From Plasmodiophora brassicae (lineage: Eukaryota), in assembly GCA_036867785.1 (NCBI GenBank), contig CP145426.1, positions 310,001 through 374,000 of the forward strand: a stretch of DNA of 64,000 nucleotides, read 5' to 3'. Made by a program: the position numbers and the translations under genes. Of the stretch, positions 36,921 through 49,679 are shown piece after piece. Below the pieces are notes generated by a model. It did not search any database and was not told the DNA's origin. It worked only from the letters and a program-made list of their open reading frames with translations. Position 1 is the stretch's first letter, and every line of letters starts with the position of its first letter.

Positions 36921-37006
36921 GCGCACGACGCCGGTCTACTAGGTACAACGGTTTAATCGGAATCTGGGGTCGACCGTCGTACCTCTCGCTGCGGTTAGTC
37001 GTCGTC

Positions 37007-38329
37007 ATGGCGCTGGATACGCAGCGGCAGCCGTTCCTGGACAAGGAGGACAACCGGTTCACGACGACGGACATCAACCTGCCGCGCCCGCGCTATTACT
37101 TCCGTAAGGCCGACCACCGGTTCGATGTGTCCGACATCGAGGGCGCGCGGTCCACGTTCCGCGACGCGAAGCTGAACCCTTCGCGTCGCTGCGTGAACCC
37201 GCTGGACCCGATCTACAAGCTGGCGTCGTTCACGCACGTGCCGCCGGAGCCGGTGCGTTTCGTCCGGGACACGCTGGACATCAGCGACATCCCGGGGACG
37301 AAAACGACGGTCCCGTACGTGATGCGCATGCGGACCCGGGACCACATCAACTACGACGACGTGCCCGGGTCGGTCGCCGCGTACCACATCAACCGGCACC
37401 TGGCCCGACGGACGCGTAACATCCTGCGCGTCGACGACATCAACGACAACGGGTCGTTCCGGACGCGCCGGCACACCGACCCGCTGTCGCCCCGGTACGA
37501 CTACGACTCCGCGTGCAGCTCCGGACTTTTATCGTTCGCTGCCGACGGCAAACCCGTCGCCGCCCGCGAAGGTTCGCGGCGGCCCCGTCGTCCGGGCGTG
37601 GTGGTCTACGACGCTGAACATGGCATTGCAGATCGGCCGGCGCTGGAGAACGATTTGGGCTACATTCCGGGGTCACATCCGAAACGGTTGGGTGCCAGGG
37701 CGGTGCCGACGTTCGCGCTGACGACGCGGGACATTGCGGGGAACGAGACCATGTTCCAGGCGCACAGGAAGGATCGGTTGCTGCGGTATGGGACGGCGAG
37801 ACACACGAACGACACGCGGGACATCGTCGGGGCCCAGGCGGACACCGCCGGCAAGTGGAAATGGATCCGCCGGACGAACCCGTTGATGCCCGACTACCAG
37901 CCGCTGGACCGGGGCGACGCCGAGCTGAACGCGTGCTCGCTGAACAACATCGGCATGCTGTCGGAGCTGGGCGAAACGAAGGAGGGCGCAGTGCAGCACT
38001 CGACGGAGAAGATGTACGCCGACGTCGAACGGGAACGCCTGCGCTCTCGGGGATCGGACGGCGCCAGCTCAACGGGAAGCAGCGACGCGGACCGTCGCGA
38101 GACGAAACGATGTCCGTGGCCGTGTTGCATTCGATGGGCCGCTGCACACACTGACGACACGTGCGCAGATGAACGAGTGCCTGCTACCCGCAGCAGCGCG
38201 TCGTCGGTGACGTCGAGAAGTACCGGCGGGCGGTCGTCGAAGAAGTCGTCGAAAACGCGATCCACGAAAGAGGTGAGGGAACGTCGGGAGAACGAGGCGC
38301 TCGTCAGGGCGCTGCCCATCGTCACCTGA
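37007..38329 (+). CDS. Repeat protein with NPLxPxY and D(I/V)xDIxG motifs, possibly flagellum-associated
   Basis: NPLDPIY, DPLSPRY and NPLMPDY alternate with DVSDIEGA, DISDIPGT, TRDIAG and TRDIVGA. Confidence 0.6.
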   Translation: MALDTQRQPFLDKEDNRFTTTDINLPRPRYYFRKADHRFDVSDIEGARSTFRDAKLNPSRRCVNPLDPIYKLASFTHVPPEPVRFVRDTLDISDIPGTKTTVPYVMRMRTRDHINYDDVPGSVAAYHINRHLARRTRNILRVDDINDNGSFRTRRHTDPLSPRYDYDSACSSGLLSFAADGKPVAAREGSRRPRRPGVVVYDAEHGIADRPALENDLGYIPGSHPKRLGARAVPTFALTTRDIAGNETMFQAHRKDRLLRYGTARHTNDTRDIVGAQADTAGKWKWIRRTNPLMPDYQPLDRGDAELNACSLNNIGMLSELGETKEGAVQHSTEKMYADVERERLRSRGSDGASSTGSSDADRRETKRCPWPCCIRWAAAHTDDTCADERVPATRSSASSVTSRSTGGRSSKKSSKTRSTKEVRERRENEALVRALPIVT

Positions 38330-38413
38330 CCGATGCTGTCGTCCGGCAATGAACGCTTTAATATGTTGTGTGAGCCCCCGGGTAGAAATAGTAGTCGTAT
38401 TGCAATGATGGTG

Positions 38414-40656
38414 TTACAGGTCGTCTTCGAGATATCTGTACTCGAATGTGAAGTCGGATTTGATGCGCTGGCACCAGGAGTGGTCGTAGTCGAAGTAGAC
38501 GTAGGTGCCCTGCTCGAACTCGTCCGTGGTGACCTGCGGGTCCTTGTGCCGCTGGAACCAGGTCAGGTACTTGGAGTGGTACCGCCACGACTGCTTCTTC
38601 AGCTGCGACGCCGCCAGGTACTGCTGGTAGGTGCCCTGCTGGAAGTAGAAGATGAAAAACAACGTGTCGGTGTCGTACTTCTCGAAGAACGACGGGTCCT
38701 CGAACACGGGCGACGGCGCCGACGGCCACGACGTCGGCGTGTGGTACGGATTACGAGGCAGGTAGTGCTTGGTGCGATCGGAATCCGCCTGCGTCGGCAT
38801 ATGCCGAAGACTGGCCTCCATGACCTCCAGGTTCCTCGCCTGCTCATCCGACAACGGCGCATCGAACGTCTGTGGCGGCGGCGCGCGTACCGCCGGCGAA
38901 CTGTCTCTCGCGGATGACCCTTGCACGGCGGCTAATCGCGCCGGGCGAAGCAGGGACGGATCGGCGGCGGGCTCTTCCGACGTGGCAACGCTCTGTTGCT
39001 GCTTTTGCCTCATCTTGTTCGCCAGCACCGTCTTCGACGGCGGCCCACCGAGCCCCGGTGGCGGCATCACCGTCAGCGGCGACGACGACCGCATACCAGG
39101 TGGCGGCGCCGTTGTCGCCGATTTGGCCGCCTCTTGCTGTTGTTGCTGGAGACGTTGCCGTTCGGATTCCTGTGCAGCCGCTGTTTCCGCCTCTTCTTGC
39201 TGCTTGCGAGCCGCCGCGGCCATCTCAGCTTCAAGTTGCTGCTGGCGCACCAGCGCCGCTTCCTGTTCACGTTGCGCCTGGAGCTTCGCTAACGCTGCCG
39301 CCTGCTCGGCCTGCTGCTTCTGCTGCTGCTGCTTGACGATATTGGCGAAGGGTGCCGGCGGTGGCGCTGCCGCAGCCGGGGACGGAAGGTCCAGGGGACG
39401 AGGCCCGGGACCGCCCGTCTTCGGTGATCGTTTCGGCGACACGGGCATCATCGCCGGCGACTGTCGAACAGCAATCGCAGACGGTTCCTGGTAGTTCGCC
39501 GAGACCTGGACCGAGGTGACAGACGGCTTCTCTTTCTGGCGCTTCTTCTTCGGCTCCTTCTTCGGTGTCTCCTTGACGCCCTTTGGACTCGTCAGGCCAT
39601 CTGCAATTGGAGCGGTCGTCAATGGCGCTGGCGCCTTGTCTTTCTGCCCTTTCGGCGGTGCATCGGGGATGGGCGCAGATGATACCGGCAGTGGGCTCTT
39701 CTTCGCTGTCGACCTGCGACCAGCATGCGGTGGAGCGCGGGGCGATTCCTCTGGACCGTGATCGGCGCTGACGGCCGTCTCCTTCTCGTCCAAATCGTCT
39801 TGTTCCGCACCCGATTCCAGATCTTCATCGCTGAGCTCCAGGTCGCTGGCCTCCTCTTCCTCGGTCGGAAACTGAGCGGGCGGCGGCGCCGGCTTCGCGT
39901 TCCGCTTCTGCGACAGCAAGTCGTAGATGTACGCGTCGTCGAACTGTTCCATGTCATCGTCCTGGAGACCTGCGGGTCAGAAGACGGCCATGGAGCGAAC
40001 AGGAACCAACGGACCTGGTTGTTCTCGATGAAATAGTCGACGTCGTCCTGTATCTCGAGGATGTCGTTGACAATGATCTCATCCTCGAACAGCATCTCCC
40101 ACGCCATCTCCAGGTGCTCGATATGGAATTTGTACCGCTCGACGAGCTTCTGCAGGTGTTCGATGTGGACCTCCTCGTTGCCCTTGCTGCGCTTCTTCCC
40201 GCGCCGTTGCTCGGCATCCAGCTGCGCTTCCCGCTCGCTGAGCTGGTGCTTCAGCAGCGATATCCGCTTATCAATCCAGGCCTTGACTTCGAGTTTCGGT
40301 TTGTCCAAGAGCTTCTTCTTGGGCGTGTTGTTCAGCGCTTCCTTTGAGAACGCTTTCGTCTTCGTTTCCTTCTCGCAGACTTTAAACCGCTCCATATCGC
40401 GTTCGATCTGTTTCCGGGCCTGCAGCATCTCATCCTTGTCCCGGATTTCCGGACTGGACAACCATCCCTTGATCTGGTCGCGGTATCGCTGCAACCGTTT
40501 GATCTCCTTCTTCAGGTCGGCTTCATGCTTCTCCTTGAGCGCGGCCGTCGGCGCCGAATACACTTTCTGCCAGATCGACTCGAACTCGACCAGGCCGTCC
40601 TGGACGCGCTTCAGGACGCGCTCGATCTCGGACTGCTGCTTCCTGGTTTGCGCCAT
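38414..40656 (-). CDS. CNOT3: CCR4-NOT subunit Not3/CNOT3 (2 exons)
   Basis: RKQQSEIERVLKRV..DLKKEIKRLQRYRDQIK..KTKAFSKE; NOT box DTLFFIFYFQQGTYQQYLAA..WRYH..GTYVYFDY. Confidence 0.97.
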
Positions 40657-40990
40657 GACGCGCGCAACGCGACGACGACGTCCGCCGCAGCGACCGCGAT
40701 CCGGGTGTCGTTCGTCCGCGTCACCACGGACTTATCAATGGTTGCAGCTCCAGTCGGTCCGACTCGGGGCCCGATGGCTCCCGGGCACATCCGCCAGGGG
40801 CCGTCGACACGTGCTTGATCGGCGTGCAGCCCACTCTGGGCTACGCCCCCTGGTCGGTGACTGCCCTTGTGCAGTTCGCGCTGTGCGCAACTGTGTCGGT
40901 TGCGTGTCGAGAGTCGAGACGTACAAAGGGCCGTGGGACCAGTCGTGGTTGCGGGACGACGCCGGCGCAGTGCGTCCGTCGGCGGCCAGT

Positions 40991-41290
40991 ATGTCGGGCC
41001 TCGTGGCATATTCCTCCGAGAGCGATGACGACGATGGCGGGAGATGCGCGTCAAGTCCAAAGCGGCTGCCGCCGGCCGCTGCCGTACTGCCAGGGAAAGT
41101 CGTCGGCGACGTTCATCGTGCGCCGGCGCCGAAGCGGCAGTGCGTTGTCCATAGTGAGAACCTGGACATGATACCTCCGCAGCTTCGCCTTCGCAGGCCG
41201 AATGTGGTCACTGAAGAATCGTTCCGGACGCAGCGAGTTCGACGCCAACATCAACAGCAACGTCCTGGCCCATCCACCCCTGATAAATGA
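40991..41290 (+). CDS. Small conserved-looking hypothetical protein
   Basis: MSGLVAYSSESDDDD N-terminus and MIPPQL..RPNVVTE motif. Confidence 0.55.
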   Translation: MSGLVAYSSESDDDDGGRCASSPKRLPPAAAVLPGKVVGDVHRAPAPKRQCVVHSENLDMIPPQLRLRRPNVVTEESFRTQRVRRQHQQQRPGPSTPDK

Positions 41291-41405
41291 TTCCCCAGAC
41301 TGAACGTAGCACGCTCGATCCACCTCCATTCGAGGCTGGGAACTTTTATCCAACGCGAATTGCCGGACCGGTCGATGCCAGCCAGTGTATTGTGCCCATT
41401 CAGCA

Positions 41406-42096
41406 TTACTTGGCGGCCATGGCGGCATGCGCACTCTTGACGAAATCAAGGGCAGCAATGTTGTCGTGGTACGCCTGCAGCGCTGGGAACGCGCCCAGGT
41501 CGACGCCCAAGTACTTCATCCAGGACAGGACGATGTACAGGTAGGAGTCGGCGACCGTGAACTTGTTGCCGACCAGGTACTTCTTGTTGTTCAGCTCGTG
41601 CTTGACCAGGTGCTCGTACTTGGTCTTCAGCTTGGCCTTCAACCACTCCTTGACCTCGTTCGGCGTCGCTGGGTTGAACAACGGGCCAACCAAGCTGTGC
41701 ACTTCGCTCGAAATGTACGACAGTTTCGCCTGGATCAGGTAACGCGCGCTGGTTCCCGCGGCTGGTGCCAGTTCCGACGTTGGGTTCTGATCCGCGATCC
41801 ACTGCAGCGTCGCCGCATTCTCGTTCAGGATGGTCTTATCCTCGAGGACAAGGCACGGCACGTTGCCCTTCGGGTTGATCTGGTAGAAATCCTTGTCCTT
41901 GTTGGGCCCGGTGGTAACCTTGTGCGTCTGCAGGTCCACTTGGTACGCGTTGACCTTGGACCCGATCAGACCGGCCTTGTGTGCCGCGATGTAGTTGCTG
42001 GCGCCTGCCATCACGATACGAATCAGGCGATACAACACGTGCGGGTCGCGCGGGCGTACCGCAGGACGTCGGCGTGTAGTACAGTTCGGCGACCAT
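41406..42096 (-). CDS. Glutathione S-transferase, beta-class-like (2 exons)
   Basis: LYYTPTSCG; INPKGNVPCL; LNENAATLQWIAD; YLVGNKFTVADSYLY. Confidence 0.92.
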
Positions 42097-42763
42097 GGTG
42101 CGTGCGTGCGTGCGTGCAACAATCCACCCGAGCCCCACCGCCGACTTTGTAAAATGACGCCACATCGGACCGAGTCGCCGCATGGCCATGGAGGTACCTA
42201 CAAGGGCACGGACTTTGTCCGCCGGCCCGGTCGCCCCTCCACCACCAGTGCGGCGGGGTTCGCAAAAGTACACCCCGGGCCCCGGTGCAAGGCGGCGTCC
42301 GTCCGTCCCACAACCTGCAAGCCGGACCCCTCGCCCCTTTTGCGTGTCCGGAACATTCCGACGGGATGGCGCGGCCTGGCAACAGCACCACATCAAGCTT
42401 TTTCGATTTTGAGTGCTCTGTAGGCGACCTGACCCAACAACACACGATCGTGTTGACGTCCTTGCCTCGGCAGCGCGGGCACTGTGACAACGCGATCTAC
42501 ATGGCGCTTCGACGTCTCGCGATCTGACCACTGTCTACAAGGGCACCAGAGGACGGTCTCCTGTTGCGTCATGCGCACTGCGAGGGGGCACCGAAGCACG
42601 CGGTACAAGAAGCGGACCGCGCCTGGTCTGAGGTTACGGATCGATCCGCCCCAGACTGGGCCGACTAAGAACAATCTACGCGGTTCGTCGTGCTTCGAGC
42701 GTTCACGCGTCCTGACACCTTCTTAGGCTTGGGAGTATCGTTAAATATCAGTGAGCGAGTGTC

Positions 42764-43824
42764 TCAGCTAGCACGCGAAACGAGAATGAATGCGATCCAG
42801 AGGATGATAACGGCCCAGATGACGGTGACCGCGGGCGGCTCGTTACTGATCCCGCGACGCTCGCTGCTATCAGGCGGCGGTTTCCTGTCCAGAACGGTGG
42901 GGATCAGGTCCAGGATCGGCGTGATTATCGTTGGGGACGCGGCCGGCGATACGGCAGGGGACACTGGCGGTGACACGGCCACGCCATGGTGCCGGGCGTT
43001 GTCCCTGTTGATCTCGTCGACAATCGTCTGCAACGTGCGCTTCAAACCCACGTTATCGCACGACGACCGTGCTGTTGACCAGGAGCAAATTAGCAACCGG
43101 TCTCTGTTCCAGCACGAGTCAACTTACGTGTCCGCGGTGATGGTCGCCGCAGGAATTTCGGGATGATCCTGAGGACGCCCTCCAGGATGGTGTACACGGG
43201 TACCAGCATGTGCGGCTGCTCATGAAACGACTTCGAGTTGAAGTTCCGTTCGACGATGGCTGCGCATTCGCCGACCTCGCTCACTAGCTCGGCCGCCGTG
43301 AACACGTCGAACGAATCGATCTGCAGCGCCCAGTCAGTGTTGTTCAGACAGACGGCAGACGCCAGCCCTAGACCTGAAGGCCGCATGCCTCATCGCTGTG
43401 GATGACCATCAGGATGCGGTGCGTATTGGCGAAGTCGTCCGCCGATCCGGAGTCGAACGCCATCTGAGCGCACATCTCGATGCGAAGGCTGAAGCGCACG
43501 CTCCACTGATGGAACACCTCGCGGACGGCGTCATCGGCCCTGGACAGCACGTCTCAGTTCAATGTCGTTCATATGGTGCACAGGTCTCAACGCGTTCTCC
43601 TCGACGATTAACGGCGAGCTCGTCGCGCGTCTGGGCCTGACAAGGCCGAACGACGACGTCCGGAACGGAGCGTTGGCGTCCTCGTCTTCCTTGGTGCCGG
43701 TCCGCCGATGGATACTGGAAGTGCTGCGCCTCCAGGACTTCATATGCCCAGCGTTATTATCGCGTCGACTTGACGTTTGCAGAGTCACCGTTGTCACCGA
43801 CCGTGAGTCAACCCGCCGAGTCAC
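42764..43824 (-). CDS. Hypothetical multi-exon protein with C-terminal TM anchor
   Basis: Chain of minus-strand ORFs separated by intron-sized gaps, ending VTVIWAVIILWIAFILVSRAS*. Confidence 0.35.
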
Positions 43825-44640
43825 CTCCTGACGAACACAGCAGGTGATGAGTGATGACCCGTGCTAAATCGGGCACCCGGACTCCAGGTCTCCAGCCATC
43901 CGACACCGTCCATGCCCTTGGCTGACCTTTCACAGTGCAGAAAAAGTGAACCGAACGGAGCCATGATGAGCAGAGTCGTTCGCCGTTGCATTATAGCGCT
44001 GGGCATGATAGGGAGCACCTGCCTTGGATAGTGCACCATCAACGCATCGCGCCTGTGCGCAGCATCGTTCAACAAAGGCGGGCGCCATCAGTGCCGCTTC
44101 GCGAAGACAAATCGCGTCAGCGCACGGGCTGGCCGCCGAATCACCACACACCACGCCTAGGTTTCCGTCCTGCCCATGATGATGTCATCAAATCATCATA
44201 AATGTGCCCCAATTTTCTATTTTTAGAACGAAGCTCTACCGCAGGCTACCTACCCATACCTGCGATACGAGTCAAATCTAAAAATAGTACGCCGGGAAGC
44301 GCGCTTGTCGGAACCTCGAAGCTGGTCTGACAGTCTGAATTGGAGTCGGTTCGGTGAGCATGGTCACGACGACGTTAGTGGCGGTGCCTGATGGCCACGG
44401 ACAGATGGAGCCGGGTCTCCCTCGCCGACGCGCCGCTGTCTGCGCTGCGCTCCTTACCAACCTGGACGTGTACCAGCTCGCCCTGATCAGCTCTCGCAAG
44501 CGCAGCCGGTCGCCCATCCATCGCACGAGCAACAAGCGCGCCGCGAGACGCCTTGACGGCCTTGACGAAGCACTGGTCAGCTGGACACTCTAACGCTGCT
44601 CCCGACATCAACGATCATAATATACGGTGCGATATTACCA

Positions 44641-45216
44641 ATGAACGCGGAGGTCTGGCACCAGCTGGGTGCCGGATCGGAGGTCATGAACTCCGCCGGT
44701 TATGCGTCTTCAATATCGATGAATAACGTGAGCCAGCGTCGGTGGGCGATCCTGATCGATGATTCCGAGGGCTCGGTGGCCGCCGCCCGATGGTCCGTCG
44801 CCAACCTGGCCCGGTCCGGCGACGACATCACGTTAGTGACCGCGGTTGAGCACCAGACCGGCCTTCACGACGCGCTACTTCTGGCCCTGTCTCCGTTGAT
44901 GTTCACCACCCTGGGCGAACCCGATGCCGATCCCGAGCGCGCGATCGACCTGCTCAGTAAGTTCCGGGACATGCTGGAACCCACCGACAGGACGTGGACC
45001 ACACACTGTGTCGCGATCGACGGCGACAAGAGGAAAGGGCCTGCTCTCGTGGACTTTGCCGCGCGAGAGCATCTCGACTTTGTCGTCGTCGGCTCTCGGC
45101 ACCTTGGTAGCGTCTTCCGAATCCTCCTCGAGGCCGCCGGCGACGGGAGCTTCTCCGACTATGCCATCCATAACATGCCCTGCCCTGTCGTCGTTGTTCT
45201 CTGCGGCCGTCGTTGA
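44641..45216 (+). CDS. Universal stress protein (UspA domain)
   Basis: ILIDDSEGS..AARW; DFVVVGSRHLG..GSFSDYAIHNMPCPVVVV. Confidence 0.9.
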   Translation: MNAEVWHQLGAGSEVMNSAGYASSISMNNVSQRRWAILIDDSEGSVAAARWSVANLARSGDDITLVTAVEHQTGLHDALLLALSPLMFTTLGEPDADPERAIDLLSKFRDMLEPTDRTWTTHCVAIDGDKRKGPALVDFAAREHLDFVVVGSRHLGSVFRILLEAAGDGSFSDYAIHNMPCPVVVVLCGRR

Positions 45217-45378
45217 CGATGATACCCTGGAATACATAGGAGTATACTGGTTTCCCGCTCAGGTCGTACGTGACCGGTGATCATATCACGCGCCGAGTAC
45301 ACAAATCTGGATATTCGAGAAGACGCGCGCGCCTTCCCATGGGCAATATATCCATTGGGTGACCCGCGACCCTGGCGA

Positions 45379-47938
45379 ATGCATCCGCGTTCGTTGTCGG
45401 GGACGCTGCCGAGCGGCGGGCCATTCGTCCCCGAGGCGGACCCGTTGCAGGCCCCGTACCAACACGCGCCGAAGAGCGCCCCGATCGCACCGCCGAAGTG
45501 GCAGCAGCAGGGGGCGCACGAATCCACATCCCTGGCCAATCATCCAGTCATCTCGGATGACTTCGTTGATCAGCAGCAGTGCGGCAGCGATGCGAACATG
45601 GGCGCTATGAACGAGGACCCATCGGGGCTAACGGCGCCGATGGTCGAATACGACCTGGCCGCCCCGCAGGGCCAGGACCAGTACGTCAGCATGGTGCCCG
45701 GGCCGCATTCGGCGCGAACATCGCGCTCCATGGTCCCCATCAAACAGCCAGCTGTCCGGTCAAACACGCAGCCGATGATGATGTCGCGGTTCCCGATGGC
45801 GGGCGGCGAGCCGAACGGCGCGATGAACACGCAGGCAGTGGACCTCGCCTGGGAGATGATCCGGCAGGAGCGGAAACTCCACAAGAACTGGCGCGAGATC
45901 CTCGACGCGTTCGAACGCGTCATGCCCCGGTTCGGCAGCATCGACCCGCGGCTCATCGAGCGCGGCAAACCCATGATCGTCTCGCTGTCGACGATCACGA
46001 GCGCGCACGAGGCGCTGGTCCGGTCCGTCGCCGGCGTCGCCAGCGCCAGCCAGCTGCTCGACCCGAACGTCTGGTGCCAGTCGATCAACGGGATCGCCCT
46101 GCTGGGATCCGCGCAGATCCACATGAACTACAAGGAGTTCGCCGACGGGTTCGCCTTTGTCCAGATGCAGTACGCGCAGTTACTGCAGGCCTGTTCCGCA
46201 AGGTGCGTGCTGCAGCCACGGACATTTTTCACGGCGCGCGTGCTTTAACCATCTGTGTGTGCGCGCAGTTCGGCGCCTGCCAAGCTGGCGTCCGCTGTCA
46301 GCGTCGGGACGCCGGATACGGCCGAGGTGTTCCTGGCGAAGCTGGTGAAACCGTTGCTGGCGCTGGCGCGCCTCAGCGACCTGGTGGATTGGCTGATGCG
46401 GGTCAGGCCGTGCGACCAGGTGGCGGTCGCCGCCGGCGTCATCAACGCGATACGGCACGACCCGAACGTGGCAGCGTTGATCCTGCGGATTCGTGCCGGT
46501 CGCGTCGAATCGATCAACGCGCAGTTGCACGTCCTGTCGGCCGGGCGGGTCGTCATGGCGTCCGGTATGACCGGGACGACCATCATCTGGAGCGGTCGTC
46601 TATCACATGGGCTGCGAGGCGCAAGGCATTCCTTCCTACTTGTGCCGGGATTGCTGGTCTGGCTGGCATGCGGCAACGCCGGCAAACTAGTCGGGTTTCA
46701 GTTGCTGTCGTCCGACGTCCGGATCGATATCGTCCCGTCGAACCCGAAATCCCTGACGATACTGGGAAAGGACGGCACCCAACTCGCTAAGCTGACCTCG
46801 AAGTCGGCGTCGACGACCCGAATCTGGGCAGCCTTGCTACGGCAAGCGTCGTCGCCGATCGTGTACCCGGAGCTGGCGTCCAGCGTGGGCTTGCCGTTCA
46901 ACGTCCAGCATAAGGTGCACGTCACCAAGGATCTCGTGTGGTCGGCGGGCGGAGACCCGGAGAACCTGTTCGTCCTCGTCAGGAAGATCGGCGAGGGAGC
47001 GTTCGGCGCTGTCTACGAGGTCATCCACAAGATGCTGGGCGTTAAGATGGCCGCCAAGGTCGTTGCCGCAGGCGGTGCCCAATCGGACGCCATTCGCAAG
47101 GAAATCGACATCCTCACCGTTTGCCGGCACCCGAACATCGTAACCTATTACGGTAGGGGAGCGTGTTCGAATGTCTGCTCCTGCGAGCGTTTAATCGCCC
47201 ATAGGGACAACGATGGACACGAAGAAGCGGTTGTGGGTGCTCATGGACATCTGTGAGGGCGGGTCCGTGCACCAGCTCGGCAAGGCGCTTCACCTGCAGT
47301 GGAACGAGTTGCAGGTGGCGTACATTTGCCACGGGACGTTGCTGGCCCTGGCCTACCTACACGGCCTGAGGATCGTGCACCGCGACGTCAAGGGGCGCAA
47401 CATCCTGATTTCCAGACAGGGCACCGTCTGCCTGACCGACTTCGGTAACGGTCGCCCGCGGGTACCTGGATAGGTCGTTTCTGACCCCGTTCCCGCAGGC
47501 GTGTCGAAAAGGTTACTGCCGTCGGCACAGAATTCAATGTTAACAGGGCCGGTTGGGACCCCCTACTGGATGTCCCCAGAGGTGGCCGCTGGACGGGGAT
47601 CTCGGGTCAGCTGGTCGGCAGACATTTGGTCGCTGGCGATCACAGCGATCGAGCTGGCCGATGGGCACCCGCCGTACTTCTCGTTGAAACCCGCGCAGGC
47701 CATGAAGCTGATCGCGGAGAACGATCCGCCGACGCTGGAGAACCCGTCGCGATGGTCGTTCGAGTTCAGGGACTTCCTCAACTGCTGCCTGCAGAAGGAC
47801 CCGTTCGACCGGCCATCGGCCGAGTCTCTGCTCAGGCACCCGTTCGTCATTGCTGGCGCGCAGGTCGACCCCCGAATACATATCGCCCCGCTGGTGGAGC
47901 ACTACCTGTCGTCGACCGCGGCCACACCCGCCAAATGA
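45379..47938 (+). CDS. STE20/PAK-type Ser/Thr kinase with CRIB-like motif and upstream DH/PH-like region
   Basis: [13 protein letters not shown] (CRIB-like); [49 protein letters not shown]. Confidence 0.9.
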
Positions 47939-48074
47939 ATTAATTAACCTCGACGTCATGTCCTAAGAGACGTTCCACCGTTGCACAACGCAGGTTGTTC
48001 TCAGGCCGTTACTCTGATAGACAGCATAATGCCAGGGACGATCTGAGTCGTTTTCATGCGCTCGATTCTATTAG

Positions 48075-49415
48075 CTATGGAAGGCCGATTGCTAAAAGCT
48101 GCGACGATGGGGACGACGACGTCAGGGACTTGCGGTGATCGAACCCGGGGACAGTGCCTGACCAGGATCGGGAGCTGGGTGATAGCAAATGATATGGGAA
48201 TTCATCACGGCAGCAGTACAAGCCGTTAGCGCCGCCGAAGTCGCTCTGGACGGGCAGCAGCCAAAAGTAGAACTGGGTGCCAAACACATCGACAACGTTT
48301 CCATAGTAACCCTTGTCGAATTTGACATGAGCCTGACACCTGATCAAATGGGGGTTTCTCGAAGGCGACACCAGTACCTACCAGTAACGATCGTCGCCTG
48401 ATATCGGCATGCGATGACCCGTGCTTTTCCCTGAACTCTATCGTGGTGACCGCGTTCAGAACCGCCTGTTTCGTGGATTAGCCAGGGCCACAGAGGGGAC
48501 GAGGAACGCGATCAAGATGTACATAGAGGTGGAACAGTGTGAACGGAAGCAGGCCGACGCTGACCACCACGACTGCAAGGAACGCGCATACAACTGGAAT
48601 ATCAGTGCCCAGACCTTGCTGGAGGTAGACCGCGTTGCTGAACGAGGTTTTCGCGCGTTCAACAAACGTGACCAGAAACAGGACGGTGGACACGAATGCG
48701 TAGACCAGGAACAGGACAAAGAACTTGCGGTTATAGAACCCGACCGTCGTATTGGCAAACGCGCAGAAGTGGTCCATGGCAAGAACGCATTGGCCCAGTC
48801 GCGAGCAGTGGTGCGTCCGATCCGGTTTGAAGTGCGGCGGCTGGCACTTGACACACTTACGGATGTAGGGCCCTGTATCGACGTTCGGGATCGACTGTTT
48901 TAACTCGACGAACGGCAACTGCCGGACGCGCTGGCGAAGCGGTTCCGTGCACGGGAAGAAGCCCGGCTCGACGATCTTGCTCATGAGCTCGACTTCGTCG
49001 CGTGTGAACAGGAACCGGTCGGCTCCGTTATCGTCCTCCGTGCACGCCCAGAACTGTTTATCGGGTCAGTTTGACGCGTTCGATGGACGTATGGCGGCAA
49101 CCGTACAGGCGTGTCCGGGACAGAGCCCGGTTTGGTTATGATCATCCGGAGATAGCAAATGATCATCATCGCGTATGTCATGTGAAACGCAACCTGACAG
49201 GCGTCGACGTTCGGCACACGTCAAGGAAGAACATACGACCGACGTACCAGAGCGAAGATCTGCCAGGAGGACGTGCCAGGGGACCGCCACGCGTTCAAAC
49301 CGTAGAACCCGAGGTAGACGCTGTAGGCGAACACGTTCGTCAGGAGGAACAACAGCGGCGGAAACCGGCCCGGGACATGATTCGAAATGGGCGGAGGCCC
49401 GGGTTTGGTTGGCAT
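48075..49415 (-). CDS. DHHC-family palmitoyltransferase (DHFC variant), multi-exon
   Basis: TKPG; CVKC..KPDRTHHCS..CVLAMDHFC..VGFYNRKFFVLFL; FDKGYYGN..VFG..WLLP. Confidence 0.9.
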
Positions 49416-49679
49416 GATCGTCTTCGGGTCCAACGCTATCACGTCGTCATGCCAGCGGCACTACTACCGGATGCTCGGACGAGTACATACAACGTCGCTC
49501 TGTGACGGTCCTACGGTGACGCGCGTGCGTTCGTGTAGGTATACCCGCCAAACTGGCACTCCTGAACAATCGCTGAGGGCATCTGGAGAGGCGCTGAACG
49601 TGTGGCGATGTTCGACGACGACGATTTGCCGCGTCAGTCACGTGGATGCATTCTGGATCGGGACGCCGACCGGGAACGG

